Of a DNA stretch of 64,000 nucleotides, positions 26,359 through 37,076 are shown in pieces. The stretch is taken from the NCBI GenBank assembly GCA_964401575.1, contig CAYNZC010000004.1, forward strand, positions 3,819 to 67,818. The letters are read 5' to 3'. Every line of letters begins with the position of its first letter. The stretch's first letter is position 1. Source of the DNA: an uncultured Verrucomicrobiota bacterium (GTDB lineage: Bacteria; Verrucomicrobiota; Verrucomicrobiia; Limisphaerales; UBA8199). The translations under genes were made by a program, and so were the position numbers. The notes beneath the pieces were generated by a model. It had not been told where the DNA came from, did no database searches, and saw only the letters and a list, made by a program, of their open reading frames with translations.

Positions 26359-28319
26359 GGAAGTCCTTTGAACATGGCAGCTCCCATCCAAGTCAGGAGC
26401 GCAATGCCAACCAGGCCGAAAACCAGGTAGAGAATGTAGGCCTGCAGGCGCCCGTGCTGATAGCTCCGGACTGCGGTTGAAAACCGCATCGTGATATGTC
26501 CTATGGGGGTGATCACTCTTTCGAGCACTGTCTCGGGCGTGTGCTCGGATGAAAAAGCCGTTTGTGGAAACAATTCCGTTGGAGGAACACGGTGCCGCTC
26601 CGGTCGGAGTATCCACTCGAACCATGAAACAATTGTTGAAGCGAAAGAACCGGCTGTGTACTGCATCCGCGGGGTGGGAGCGGCATAGCCGCAATCCCAT
26701 GTGCCGAATCTGCGGGCGCCGTTTTTGCGGACACGCCCGGCAAGCACCCAGGATACCAGCAGAGCCAGGCCCAGAAAAGCCAGGTTCGCGGCGCCCAGCG
26801 TGGACAGGGACGGTTCCAAACGAATGGCGGACCATGATGGGTTCCATGCCCTCGCAACGGTTTGGAGAGCCGGCGCCAGGGCCAGCGGAGCCAGGCCGAC
26901 GAACGCGCAGATCGCGGCCAGCACCAGCATGGGGATGCGCATGGCCGACCCCGATTCGCAGGCCTTCCCTGCAGCGGCGGAGCGGGGCAGGCCCAGGAAC
27001 ACGATGCCCACGACCTTAACGAAGCAGGCGAGGGCAAGCGCCCCTGTGATCGCGAGCGAGATCGCAGCCGGAACCGCGGCCCATGCGGCAGGTCCGCGCG
27101 CATCGATCGCATCAAATAAACCGAGGTAGAGGAGCCATTCGCTGACGAAGCCGTTTAGCGGCGGCAGGCCGGATATGGCCGCCGCGCCCAGGGTGAATAG
27201 ACCGGCCGTCCATGGCATGGAACGCCATAGGCCTCCCAGGCTGCTCATGTGTCGCGTGCCTGTGGCGTGCAGAACAGACCCTGCTCCAAGAAATAGCAGC
27301 GCCTTGAAGACGCCGTGGTTCCAAACGTGCAAGAGCCCCCCGGCGATTGCCAGGGCGCCCCATTCGGGATTTCCGGATTGAGCAGCAATCGCCGCCAGGC
27401 CCACGCCGAGCAGGATGATGCCGATGTTCTCGACACTGTGGTAAGCCAGCAGACGTTTGAGGTCGTGCTGCCCAAGGGCGAAGGCGACGCCAAGAACCGA
27501 GCTGATTGCGCCGAGGGCAAGAATCGTCCACCCCGCGCCGGCCGGAAGCGGTAGCCAGCCTGAGAATCTGACAATACCGTAGATTCCCATCTTGATAGCC
27601 ACGCCGGACATGATTGCGGAGACATGGCTCGGCGCGTTTGCGTGGGCTGAAGGCAGCCAGATGTGAAGTGGAAACAGGCCCGCCTTCACCCCGAACCCGA
27701 ACAAAGCAAGCCAGAAGAGCGGCGCCAACGAGGCGTCTGTGAAAGGTCCAATGGTCCACGAACCTGTGCGCGCGGCAAGGAGCGCAAAAAAGGCAAACAG
27801 GCAAAGGGTGCCGGCATGGGAGGTGGCAAGGTAAATCCACCCGGCGAGGCGCACCTCGCGCCGCTGGCGATCCAGCGTGATCAGGAAGTAAGCACAGACA
27901 GCAAACGCTTCCCACGCAATGAGGAAGTGCAGTCCGTTTGCCGCCGTAAGAACCGCACCCATGGAAAAGAGCAGGCAACTCCACCACGCCCGGCCGGCGG
28001 GCGCCGAGCGCGGGTGCGCGCGGTCCGGCCAATACTCCATGGAGTAAAGAGCGCCGGCAGCCCCAATGGTCACGAGCAGAACCAGGAAAAAAGCGCTCAG
28101 CGCATCAAGCCGCAAATGCACAGGCTGAGACCCGAGGGTCAGGCACGCCATGAATTCCCAGGGTTGTCCTGAGAAGAGAACCATAGCAGCTCCGGCCAGG
28201 CCTGCAGCGGCGGCAATAAACGTGCAACCCAGCCACAGGCGCGGCGCGCGAAAGGCGGCAGCGATCCCGAAAACAAGAGCTGCGGCGGCAATAAGAAGAA
28301 AAGTGCCCGGGTTCATCAT
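26355..28319 (-). CDS. HyfB / NuoL-like antiporter-type membrane subunit
   Basis: 654 aa. FGFGVKAGLFPLHIWLPSAHANAPSHVSAIMSG and LAYHSVENIG motifs. C-terminal extension as in HyfB. Confidence 0.85.
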   Translation of the reverse strand: MMNPGTFLLIAAAALVFGIAAAFRAPRLWLGCTFIAAAAGLAGAAMVLFSGQPWEFMACLTLGSQPVHLRLDALSAFFLVLLVTIGAAGALYSMEYWPDRAHPRSAPAGRAWWSCLLFSMGAVLTAANGLHFLIAWEAFAVCAYFLITLDRQRREVRLAGWIYLATSHAGTLCLFAFFALLAARTGSWTIGPFTDASLAPLFWLALFGFGVKAGLFPLHIWLPSAHANAPSHVSAIMSGVAIKMGIYGIVRFSGWLPLPAGAGWTILALGAISSVLGVAFALGQHDLKRLLAYHSVENIGIILLGVGLAAIAAQSGNPEWGALAIAGGLLHVWNHGVFKALLFLGAGSVLHATGTRHMSSLGGLWRSMPWTAGLFTLGAAAISGLPPLNGFVSEWLLYLGLFDAIDARGPAAWAAVPAAISLAITGALALACFVKVVGIVFLGLPRSAAAGKACESGSAMRIPMLVLAAICAFVGLAPLALAPALQTVARAWNPSWSAIRLEPSLSTLGAANLAFLGLALLVSWVLAGRVRKNGARRFGTWDCGYAAPTPRMQYTAGSFASTIVSWFEWILRPERHRVPPTELFPQTAFSSEHTPETVLERVITPIGHITMRFSTAVRSYQHGRLQAYILYLVFGLVGIALLTWMGAAMFKGLP

Positions 28320-29032
28320 TTCTGGGGTAAATGCTCCGTCGTCGTCTTGAGCTCTTCCGCCGGGCAGGATTGACTGAGCGCTCGAAAGACCTCGGCATCC
28401 GGCGCGCCGTTTTTGATGGACTGACCGAAGGGCCCACGCGTAATTGAAGCGCTGAGCCCCGCGAGTATTTCCAGGTGCGACCGTGGAGTCGGGGCCATAA
28501 AGAACAGCAGGTAGCGCACGGGCAGGCCGTCCGGGGTCGCTTCTTCGAGTGGCATCGGGGCGCTAAGCATCATGAGCGAGATCAGGCCGTGATCTCGTCC
28601 AAGCGCCACCCTGGAGCGCAGGTGCGGCAGCGCAAAGTGTTTCCCCACAGGAGCCCAGGTGAGGGCGCCGGGCGATTGAACGCGGTGAACCAGCATCTGG
28701 CGTATCTGTGGTGTGAGGCCCCCAAGACGTTCGATGACTCCCGCCAGGGTTAATGGCACATCTGCGGGATGAACCTCCCGCCAGATGCCGCCGCGGCGCA
28801 GCATTGCCTCAATCGCGCTGCAGTTCTCCGGATTGTCCTGCGCGGCGGAAGAAAGGAATCCTGCCCGTGCAGCAAGCCCGCGTTCCGTTGCCCATCCCGC
28901 GACTTGAGAGCGATCAAAAAGAAGACGGCCACTGTCCTTGACGCAAGGCAGGGCGTCATGCCGGACCCACGCCATGACAACGGACTCTTCGACCCCCAGG
29001 GATTGTGCGACTTGTATGAGGTTGAGATGCAT
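28316..29032 (-). CDS. HTH (excisionase/MerR-like) + PTS EIIA type-2 domain protein, copy 1
   Basis: MHLNLIQVAQSLGVEESVVMAWVRHDALP HTH. EIIA-2 core ...VGKHFALPHLRSRV...GLPVRYLLFFMAP. The stop overlaps the hyfB-like ATG (ATGA at 28316-28319). Confidence 0.75.
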   Translation of the reverse strand: MHLNLIQVAQSLGVEESVVMAWVRHDALPCVKDSGRLLFDRSQVAGWATERGLAARAGFLSSAAQDNPENCSAIEAMLRRGGIWREVHPADVPLTLAGVIERLGGLTPQIRQMLVHRVQSPGALTWAPVGKHFALPHLRSRVALGRDHGLISLMMLSAPMPLEEATPDGLPVRYLLFFMAPTPRSHLEILAGLSASITRGPFGQSIKNGAPDAEVFRALSQSCPAEELKTTTEHLPQK

Positions 29033-29071
29033 GTGATGGAATTGCCCCGGTTTGCGGCGGTTGCAGATGGT

Positions 29072-29794
29072 TTATGCCGGCTGTATTGCTTCGTGTTTGC
29101 CGGAGCGCCCCTTGACGGAGGAATCCCACTCTGTCTGCAGGCGATCCAATTCGGCCAGAATGTCCTCACGGGAGGCCTGAATCTGGATGAGGCGCATGAA
29201 ATGCCGGTCCCGCAGCGCGTATGCGAGCCGAGACTGCAAATGGAGTTGGGCTTTGACGCGCGGGCTGATCAGTGTGAACAACGCGTGCACCGGTTGCCCG
29301 TCGAGCGCCCCGTAATCGACGGGTCGCTCAAGAAAGCAGAGGGCCATGAGCGGCTTTGACAGGTGCAGCACCACCGGGTTGCGCAAATGCGGCATCGCCA
29401 CCCCGTTGCCAAGCGCTGTGGGCTCGATTCTTTCGCGCGCGAGAAGAACCTGCAGCAGGAATTCGCGATCCACCTCCTCCGGCAGGCGGAGCATTTCGAC
29501 AATCTGCCTCAGGCAGGCGGCTGGATCCTGACCGGAAATCCGGTAGTAGATCCCGCCGTTCAGGAGCGCATCCTTAAGAGCAGGGGGAGCGTCCGATTCC
29601 GACTCGGGTTCCGCAAATATCGCGGGGGAAACGCGAAGCTTTTCAGCGGTAGCCCAGGCCAGCAACTCGGCGCGATTGAACCGATATTGGCCGCTGATCC
29701 GGTAACCCGGCAGCTTCCCATCCTCGATCCAACGATAGACGGTCTTCTCGGAAACCTCCAGAAGCGCCGCGACATCTTTTACATTCAGTTGCAT
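29072..29794 (-). CDS. HTH (excisionase/MerR-like) + PTS EIIA type-2 domain protein, copy 2
   Basis: ATG at 29794: MQLNVKDVAALLEVSEKTVYRWIEDGKLPGYR HTH. EIIA-2 core LGNGVAMPHLRNPVV...DGQPVHALFTLISP. Paralogous to copy 1. Confidence 0.75.
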   Translation of the reverse strand: MQLNVKDVAALLEVSEKTVYRWIEDGKLPGYRISGQYRFNRAELLAWATAEKLRVSPAIFAEPESESDAPPALKDALLNGGIYYRISGQDPAACLRQIVEMLRLPEEVDREFLLQVLLARERIEPTALGNGVAMPHLRNPVVLHLSKPLMALCFLERPVDYGALDGQPVHALFTLISPRVKAQLHLQSRLAYALRDRHFMRLIQIQASREDILAELDRLQTEWDSSVKGRSGKHEAIQPA

Positions 29795-29825
29795 GCAGCC
29801 ACATTCACTGACCAACTGTCCCGGA

Positions 29826-29842
29826 TTGGACAATTTTGGACA
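29826..29842 (-). promoter_or_regulatory. Direct repeat TTGGACA x2 with 10-bp phasing upstream of the HTH-EIIA / hyf-like operon
   Basis: ttggaca at 29826-29832 and at 29836-29842, 32-48 nt upstream of the ATG at 29794. An AT-rich segment with TTGACT (minus strand) lies further upstream. Function not demonstrated. Confidence 0.25.
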
Positions 29843-29923
29843 TGGTTCATAATTATGGGAAAAAAGTCAAGAGCCGCCATCCCCAAAGCGTTCGCTTTCT
29901 GGCTTCAAACAGAGGGCCTCGCC

Positions 29924-30463
29924 TCACTGGTTCTCTTGCGCTCTGGCGTCTGCTTTACGTGCCAGCAGCCAAAGAAGATCGGATAGACGGTTCAAATAAA
30001 CCAGGAACTCCCGCCTGGTGTCTCCGGCCTCGGAAAGCCCACATGCGGCGCGTTCGGCGCGTCTGCAAATGGTTCGTGCCAGGTCCAGGGCAGCTCCCGC
30101 TTTGGTATCGCCCGGCATGGCCCAGCCGCCAAAGCTTACGCCGCTGCTTTCGAGGTCTTGGATAAGTGTTTCAACGGTTCGGATATGATCGTTGGTGAAC
30201 CGGGCGTAGCCTTCTTTCTGGTACCGCTCAGCGTCCTCCGGCGCGGTCGCCAGCTCACCCATGATGGGGACGAGGTGTTTTTGAATGCTTTGCAGGGCGG
30301 CACGGGTGGATGGTTCGGTGCAGGCAGCCCGTGCCACGCCGAGGGCGGCGTTGAGTTCGTCCACCGTGCCGTAGGCCTCCACCCTGGGGTGGCATTTGGA
30401 AACGATACGCCCATACATGAGGCTTGTTGTGCCCTGGTCTCCGCGTTTTGTGACGATGCTCAT
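29924..30463 (-). CDS. PduO-type ATP:cob(I)alamin adenosyltransferase
   Basis: ATG at 30463: MSIVTKRGDQGTTSLMYG...RVEAYGTVDELNAALGVARA, the canonical PduO-type N-terminus. ~180 aa. Confidence 0.85.
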   Translation of the reverse strand: MSIVTKRGDQGTTSLMYGRIVSKCHPRVEAYGTVDELNAALGVARAACTEPSTRAALQSIQKHLVPIMGELATAPEDAERYQKEGYARFTNDHIRTVETLIQDLESSGVSFGGWAMPGDTKAGAALDLARTICRRAERAACGLSEAGDTRREFLVYLNRLSDLLWLLARKADARAQENQ

Positions 30464-30637
30464 GGGTATGCCGCCGAAAGAGCCGATTTTGGAGGTGCTG
30501 CGGCGGAAGGCAAGCGCAAGATGGGCGGAATTCTCGAAGAAAATCGTGAAGTTTAAGTCACACTTAGTTTCCGTTTGCACAAGGCGCAAGCGTGCTTTAG
30601 GTTGCCGGGAATTCCGCGGGAACAAACAGAGAAAATT

Positions 30638-31927
<1,290 letters not shown>

Positions 31928-31942
31928 CCGGCGAGTGTGCCC

Positions 31943-33145
31943 ATGAATATACACGAATACCAGGCGAGGGAGTTGCTGGGAAAGCGCGGGCTGCCGCTTC
32001 CGCCCGGCGATGTGTGTGATACGCCCGAACAGGCCGGAAGAATTGCCGGGGAATTGCTGAAGAACGGCGCCCGCAAGCTCGCGATCAAGTCACAGGTGCA
32101 TGCCGGGGGCCGAGGCAAGGGCACATTCAAGGACGGCTATCAAGGGGGAGTCAAGCTGGCCACCACAGCCCCGGAAATCGAGGCAATGGCCAGGTCCATG
32201 CTGGGCAACGTCCTCGTCACCCGGCAAACCGGTTCGGAAGGACGCCTGGTGCGCAACGTGATCGTGGCCCTTGCGCCGGACATTGTAAAAGAGCTTTACC
32301 TGGCGGTGCTGTTGGACCGGGCTCTGGCGCGGCCCGTGATCATGGCCAGCAGCGAAGGGGGAATGGACATCGAGGAAGTGGCGGCAAAGGCTCCGGAGAA
32401 GATCATTCGTGAGCCTGTGGATCCGCTGGTTGGGTTGCTGCCATTCCAGGCGCGGCGGGTGGCGCGTGCCCTGGGGCTTAGGGGGGACCTGTTGAATGCC
32501 GGCGCGAAGTGCATTCAAAGCGCTTACCGAGCCTGGTGGGAATGCGATGCCTCGCTGGTGGAAATCAACCCCTTGTGCATCGTTCGGGAAAACGACGGCA
32601 AACTTTCTCTCCTGGCGGTGGATTCCAAGCTGACCGTGGACGACAACTCGCTCTATAGACACCCGGAAATACAGGCCATGAGGGACACCGGGGAGGAAGC
32701 GCCGCTGGAGACAGAGGCCGCCAGGCACAATCTTAATTATATCAAGCTGGACGGAAACATTGCCTGCCTGGTTAACGGCGCCGGCCTGGCGATGGCCACC
32801 ATGGACATTATTCAACATTATGGCGGACGGCCCGCCAATTTCCTGGATGTCGGCGGCGGGGCATCCGAAGCCCAGGTAACTGCGGCTTTCAGGATTATTT
32901 TGCAGGACCCGCACGTTCGCGGAATCCTGGTGAACATCTTTGGCGGTATCATGGATTGCAACGTGATCGCCTCTGGGATTGTTGCGGCCGTCAGGGAAAC
33001 CGGTTTGAAGCTGCCCCTTGTGGTGCGGTTGGAGGGCAACAACGTGGAAGCTGGAAAAGCAACCCTCGTCAACTCCGGGTTGACGATTATCAGCGGCGAA
33101 ACGATGGCGGACGCCGCAGCCAAGATAGTGAAGGCCATTAGCTGA
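31943..33145 (+). CDS. sucC: Succinate--CoA ligase (ADP-forming) beta subunit
   Basis: MNIHEYQARELL, KSQVHAGGRGKG, EINPL, NGAGLAMATMD, FLDVGGGA, NIFGGI. Confidence 0.9.
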   Translation: MNIHEYQARELLGKRGLPLPPGDVCDTPEQAGRIAGELLKNGARKLAIKSQVHAGGRGKGTFKDGYQGGVKLATTAPEIEAMARSMLGNVLVTRQTGSEGRLVRNVIVALAPDIVKELYLAVLLDRALARPVIMASSEGGMDIEEVAAKAPEKIIREPVDPLVGLLPFQARRVARALGLRGDLLNAGAKCIQSAYRAWWECDASLVEINPLCIVRENDGKLSLLAVDSKLTVDDNSLYRHPEIQAMRDTGEEAPLETEAARHNLNYIKLDGNIACLVNGAGLAMATMDIIQHYGGRPANFLDVGGGASEAQVTAAFRIILQDPHVRGILVNIFGGIMDCNVIASGIVAAVRETGLKLPLVVRLEGNNVEAGKATLVNSGLTIISGETMADAAAKIVKAIS

Positions 33146-33154
33146 AGGGCACGC

Positions 33155-34045
33155 ATGTCAATTCTGGTAACACCTGATACGAAGCTGCTGGTTCAAGGCA
33201 TCACCGGCGGTTTTGGAGCGCAGCACGCAAAGCTGAGTCTGGCCTACGGCACGAGACTTGTTGCGGGTGTGACACCCGGCAAGGGCGGACAGATCTTCGA
33301 GGGAAAGGTTCCCATTTTCGACACCGTGGCCGAGGCAGTCAACGAGACCGGCGCCACCGCTTCAGCCATCTTTGTCCCGCCGGCGTTTGCGGCGGATGCC
33401 ATCCTGGAGGGAGTGGATGCCGGGTTGGAGTTGGTGGTTTGCATCACCGAAGGAATACCGGTCAATGATATGCTGAAGGTCAAACGCGCGATGCAGGGCG
33501 GGCGCACGCGCTTGATTGGGCCAAACTGTCCGGGCATTGTCACTCCCGGGGAAGGCAAGGGATCGCATGGCGGCTGCAGGATCGGCATTTCGCCCGGTTA
33601 CATCCACAGAAGAGGCCACATCGGCGTTGTGTCCCGCAGCGGCACGCTCACCTACGAGGCTGTCTGGCAATTGACGTGCAGGGGTGTGGGGCAATCTACG
33701 TGTGTCGGCATTGGAGGTGATCCCGTGGCGGGGATGTCGCATCTGGATATTATCAAGCTCTTCAACGAGGATCCGGAAACCGAGGGGATCATCATGATCG
33801 GCGAAATCGGCGGGTCGGCTGAAGAAGAAGCCGCCGACTGGATCAAGAGCCACTGCCGGAAGCCCGTTGCCGGGTTCATCGCGGGAGCCACCGCCCCCCC
33901 GGGACGCCGCATGGGCCATGCCGGGGCGATCGTCAGCGGCGGAAAGGGCACGGCTGCGGCCAAGATTGAGGCCTTCCGTGCGGCGGGAATCGGTGTGGCG
34001 GCTACCCCTTCGGAAATGGCTGACACGCTGCTTCGAATGATGTAA
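33155..34045 (+). CDS. sucD: Succinate--CoA ligase alpha subunit
   Basis: [32 protein letters not shown] and the MGHAGAI phosphohistidine loop. Confidence 0.9.
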   Translation: MSILVTPDTKLLVQGITGGFGAQHAKLSLAYGTRLVAGVTPGKGGQIFEGKVPIFDTVAEAVNETGATASAIFVPPAFAADAILEGVDAGLELVVCITEGIPVNDMLKVKRAMQGGRTRLIGPNCPGIVTPGEGKGSHGGCRIGISPGYIHRRGHIGVVSRSGTLTYEAVWQLTCRGVGQSTCVGIGGDPVAGMSHLDIIKLFNEDPETEGIIMIGEIGGSAEEEAADWIKSHCRKPVAGFIAGATAPPGRRMGHAGAIVSGGKGTAAAKIEAFRAAGIGVAATPSEMADTLLRMM

Positions 34046-34093
34046 GACATTTGGCCGGGCGCGCTCCCTGTGGCGGGAGGGTCCGGGCATCTG

Positions 34094-34951
34094 ATGTCAC
34101 TTATAGACTCCATTCTGAACCTGGCCGGTCTGCTGCTGTGGCTGAACTGGCGCTCGCTGCATTTCGATCCGTTGGCCAGCCGCAAGCCGGCGACTCTGAT
34201 CGGCACACTCAAACCCGCCACGGCCGCCAAGGCCCGGCGTTGGATGATTCTTGTGTCGCTGCCTGCGCTGCTCTTTTTTCGCGCGTTGCTCTACTGGCAG
34301 ATCGGCGCGCCGGCGGATTGGCTGCCCAAGCTGGATCTCGGGGCGGTGGTGTTGGTCTTTCGCGTGGATCAGTTCGGTTACGCGGCGGTTTTTTCCGCGT
34401 TCAGTTTTCTGCGATTTGCAGCGGTGGCATTTTTCTGGTTTGCCGCCCTTTGCATTGTGAACCGCAGGGTGCTGGATCCCGACCCTCTGCTGAGATTGCT
34501 GCGGCTGCAGTTGGGAAGGTTTGCGCAAGCGCCGCTGGTCATCCAGATTCTGTTTCCACTCATTGGCGCAGTATTATTCTGGGCGGCCCTGCATCCTTTG
34601 CTCAGTTGGGCACAAACGGTTGGCGGCGCCCGCTCAGCCTCTCAGGTTCTGATTCAGGGGCTGCTGGTCACTGCCGGGTTGCTGACCACACTCAAGCTGC
34701 TGTTTCCGGTGCTGCTGCTGCTCCACATGCTGTCGAGCTACGTTTACCTTGGGAAAAACCCGTTCTGGGATTTTATCACTATCACAGCGCGCAACCTGCT
34801 TTGGGTGTTGCCCGCCAAAGGTCTGCGAACGTCCCGGTTTGATTTTGCGCCGTTGGTGGCAATCGTCCTGATTTTATTGGTGCTTCACACAGTGCCCACG
34901 ATCGCGTTAAAGCTGCTCGCGAATCACGGTGTGACCGTCTGGCCCGAATAG
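34094..34951 (+). CDS. Integral membrane protein, unknown function
   Basis: ATG at 34094 (MSLIDSILNLAGLLLWLNW). Several hydrophobic segments. I do not recognise a family with confidence. Confidence 0.5.
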   Translation: MSLIDSILNLAGLLLWLNWRSLHFDPLASRKPATLIGTLKPATAAKARRWMILVSLPALLFFRALLYWQIGAPADWLPKLDLGAVVLVFRVDQFGYAAVFSAFSFLRFAAVAFFWFAALCIVNRRVLDPDPLLRLLRLQLGRFAQAPLVIQILFPLIGAVLFWAALHPLLSWAQTVGGARSASQVLIQGLLVTAGLLTTLKLLFPVLLLLHMLSSYVYLGKNPFWDFITITARNLLWVLPAKGLRTSRFDFAPLVAIVLILLVLHTVPTIALKLLANHGVTVWPE

Positions 34952-36042
34952 GCTTTTCTGGGAAGCTTCAGGGTCACTTCCGTCATGGCCCCGCGCTCGC
35001 TTGTGATGTTCAAAGTGCCGCCGTGCAATTCGGCAATTCTTTTGGAAATGACGAGCCCGAGCCCAAGCCCCTGCTGTTCCTGAATTCTGCGGTCAAACTG
35101 CATGTAGGCGCCAATCCGCGTGATATGCTCTGTCGCCAGCCCCCGTCCCTGGTCAACCACGGACAGGATAATGGTGTTGGCATCCGCCGAAAGGCGCACC
35201 TGCACCGGAGTGCCCGGTATGGAGAATTTGAAGGCATTCTGCACCAGTTCGCTCGTGATGCGGCGCAGGTAATCCTCGGATAACGGCACCGATACAGGGG
35301 CGAGTTCGAGCACAAGGTCTTTTTCTCGTTTGGCAGCGCGCGCTTCAAGCCGGGATTGCTCTTCAATCTGCGGGGCGGCCAGTTCCGTCCGATTCTTTCT
35401 CAGGAGAGCCACTTTCTGGGGATCGGCGGACATGATTTCGAGCTGGGCGTATATCAGAAAGTTCTCCACAAGCCGCTCGAGGCGCTTGCCGGATTGGTAA
35501 ATAACCTGTCCCATCTCGGCCACCTCGGACGCCGGCAGTGTCTCAGCCTCCGTGGAAAGAATTTCCCCGTAGGCCATAATGCCGTTCAGCGGTGTCCGCA
35601 GCTCGTGAGGCAGCATCAGGCTGATGTTGTCCCGCAGATCGGCCAGCTTTTTCTCGGCGGCCTCGCGAACAGCCTCGGCTTTCCTGAGCCGTGCATTGAT
35701 GGCGGCGTAGAGCCCATCCAGCGAGAACGGCTTGGCCAGGTAATCGTCGGCGCCGAGTTCCATGCCGTGGCGCATCCCGGCGTTGTCAGCCACGCCGGTC
35801 ATAAGAATGAAGGGAATCGATGCCGTGGAAGGCTCGTTGCGCAGGGACGAAAGGGTAAGGTACCCATCCACCTTGTCCATGTTCACATCGCAGAGAATAA
35901 GGTCCGGCAGCGCCCGCCGGGCCACTTCGATGCCAACAGCACCGTTTTCGGCTTCGAGAACATCATAGCCCTTTTGTGTTAAGGCCATTCGGACCATCTC
36001 ACGAAGCCATTCCTCGTCGTCAATGACTAAAATCTTCTTCAT
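34924..36042 (-). CDS. Response-regulator receiver fused to histidine kinase core (REC-HisKA-HATPase)
   Basis: MKKILVIDDE...DLILCDVNMDKVDG...K receiver. H-box LPHELRTPLNGI. DQGRGL and GLGLGLVISK ATPase boxes. Its 3' end overlaps the convergent 34094 gene by 28 nt. Confidence 0.85.
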   Translation of the reverse strand: MKKILVIDDEEWLREMVRMALTQKGYDVLEAENGAVGIEVARRALPDLILCDVNMDKVDGYLTLSSLRNEPSTASIPFILMTGVADNAGMRHGMELGADDYLAKPFSLDGLYAAINARLRKAEAVREAAEKKLADLRDNISLMLPHELRTPLNGIMAYGEILSTEAETLPASEVAEMGQVIYQSGKRLERLVENFLIYAQLEIMSADPQKVALLRKNRTELAAPQIEEQSRLEARAAKREKDLVLELAPVSVPLSEDYLRRITSELVQNAFKFSIPGTPVQVRLSADANTIILSVVDQGRGLATEHITRIGAYMQFDRRIQEQQGLGLGLVISKRIAELHGGTLNITSERGAMTEVTLKLPRKAYSGQTVTP

Positions 36043-36132
36043 TCTGCCGCGTCAGCGGACCGTTTCGCGTGTAGTGTATGTACCTGAGTTTTATTTGTCC
36101 ACCAGAAGAAAAACAAAATAAAACAAAAACCG

Positions 36133-37041
36133 TCACAACAGCCCCTGTAGCGCCCGGAACACTTCATCCGGCGTGAGTCTCGCCAGGCCACCGGGATGGC
36201 GCAGCAGCCGGATGTTTTCTCCGGGAGGGCGCCACACCTCGGCCACGGTGTGCCCCCACAAGACGAGGCCCGGCAAACCCAGAGCCGAGGCCAGGTGTGA
36301 GATCCCGGAGTCATGCCCCACAAAGGCGGCACATGGCCTCAGGGCCGTCGCCACTTCGCAAAGCGGCCTGTTTTGCGCCACTCTGACGCGTTCAAGCGGG
36401 AGCGCGGCCGCCAACCGCTGCACGCGATCAGACTCGGCTTCGCCTCCGACCAGGAGGATCTGCGCATTGGTTCGCTGCAGAACTTTTTCGAGCAGGTTCG
36501 CCCAGTGGAACTCCGGCCAGTTCTTTCGTTCACTCCCGCTTCCGGGATGGAGCGCAAGGATCTGGAGTTCTCCTGGCCCAGGTGCAATGTCAAGGCGCGG
36601 AATAGGGTCCGCATCGAAAATGGCAAGTTGCTCCAGCGGCTTGAGATAGGCCTTCGATGCGTGCACAGGCGTCCGGTCGTCCGCACGGTGCGGGCCGGTT
36701 ATGAACTGAGCCGGCGTGCATCGGGAAACATTGGTGCGGAAGATCTCATCCGGATCATACAGGTAGGATAGGATCAGGTCGAATTCGGAAAAGTAATCGG
36801 CCAGGTCGGAACTCAGGGTCCCGTTTCTTGCAAAGAACCCCGCCAGTGGTCCGGCCTCAATGGATTGGACGCGATCCACCAGGCCACCCGCGAGTGCGAG
36901 TTGAGCAATATGCTTGTATCCAAGCACTTCCAGGTGAACTTGTGGAAACTGGCGTCTCAGCGCCGCAATCGCCGGCAGGGTGAGGATAAAATCGCCGATC
37001 GCACCGCCTCGAATGACGAGGATTTTGCCTTTTCGAGTCAC
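36133..37041 (-). CDS. Glycosyltransferase family 9 (heptosyltransferase-like)
   Basis: KILVIRGGAIGDFILTLPAIAALR N-terminus, HPGSGSERKNWP, FVGHDSGISHLASALGLP. Confidence 0.8.
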   Translation of the reverse strand: MTRKGKILVIRGGAIGDFILTLPAIAALRRQFPQVHLEVLGYKHIAQLALAGGLVDRVQSIEAGPLAGFFARNGTLSSDLADYFSEFDLILSYLYDPDEIFRTNVSRCTPAQFITGPHRADDRTPVHASKAYLKPLEQLAIFDADPIPRLDIAPGPGELQILALHPGSGSERKNWPEFHWANLLEKVLQRTNAQILLVGGEAESDRVQRLAAALPLERVRVAQNRPLCEVATALRPCAAFVGHDSGISHLASALGLPGLVLWGHTVAEVWRPPGENIRLLRHPGGLARLTPDEVFRALQGLL

Positions 37042-37076
37042 CGATAGATCTTCTCACCGGTTGGCGTCCGGTGCAA

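Noticed and set aside
26359-26847. N-terminal extension of the NuoH-like ORF (470 aa as listed)
   Set aside because: It overlaps the 3' end of the hyfB-like gene in another frame. The ATG at 26358 gives the expected ~307-aa NuoH/HycD-like protein and an ATGA coupling junction.
21113-28319. Interpretation as a genuine formate hydrogenlyase / hydrogenase-4 (hyf) operon
   Set aside because: There is no formate dehydrogenase, HyfA, HyfD, HyfR or endopeptidase, and the large-subunit homologue lacks the cysteine ligands in my alignment. I therefore call it hyf-like/Ehr-like only and assign no hyf gene symbols.
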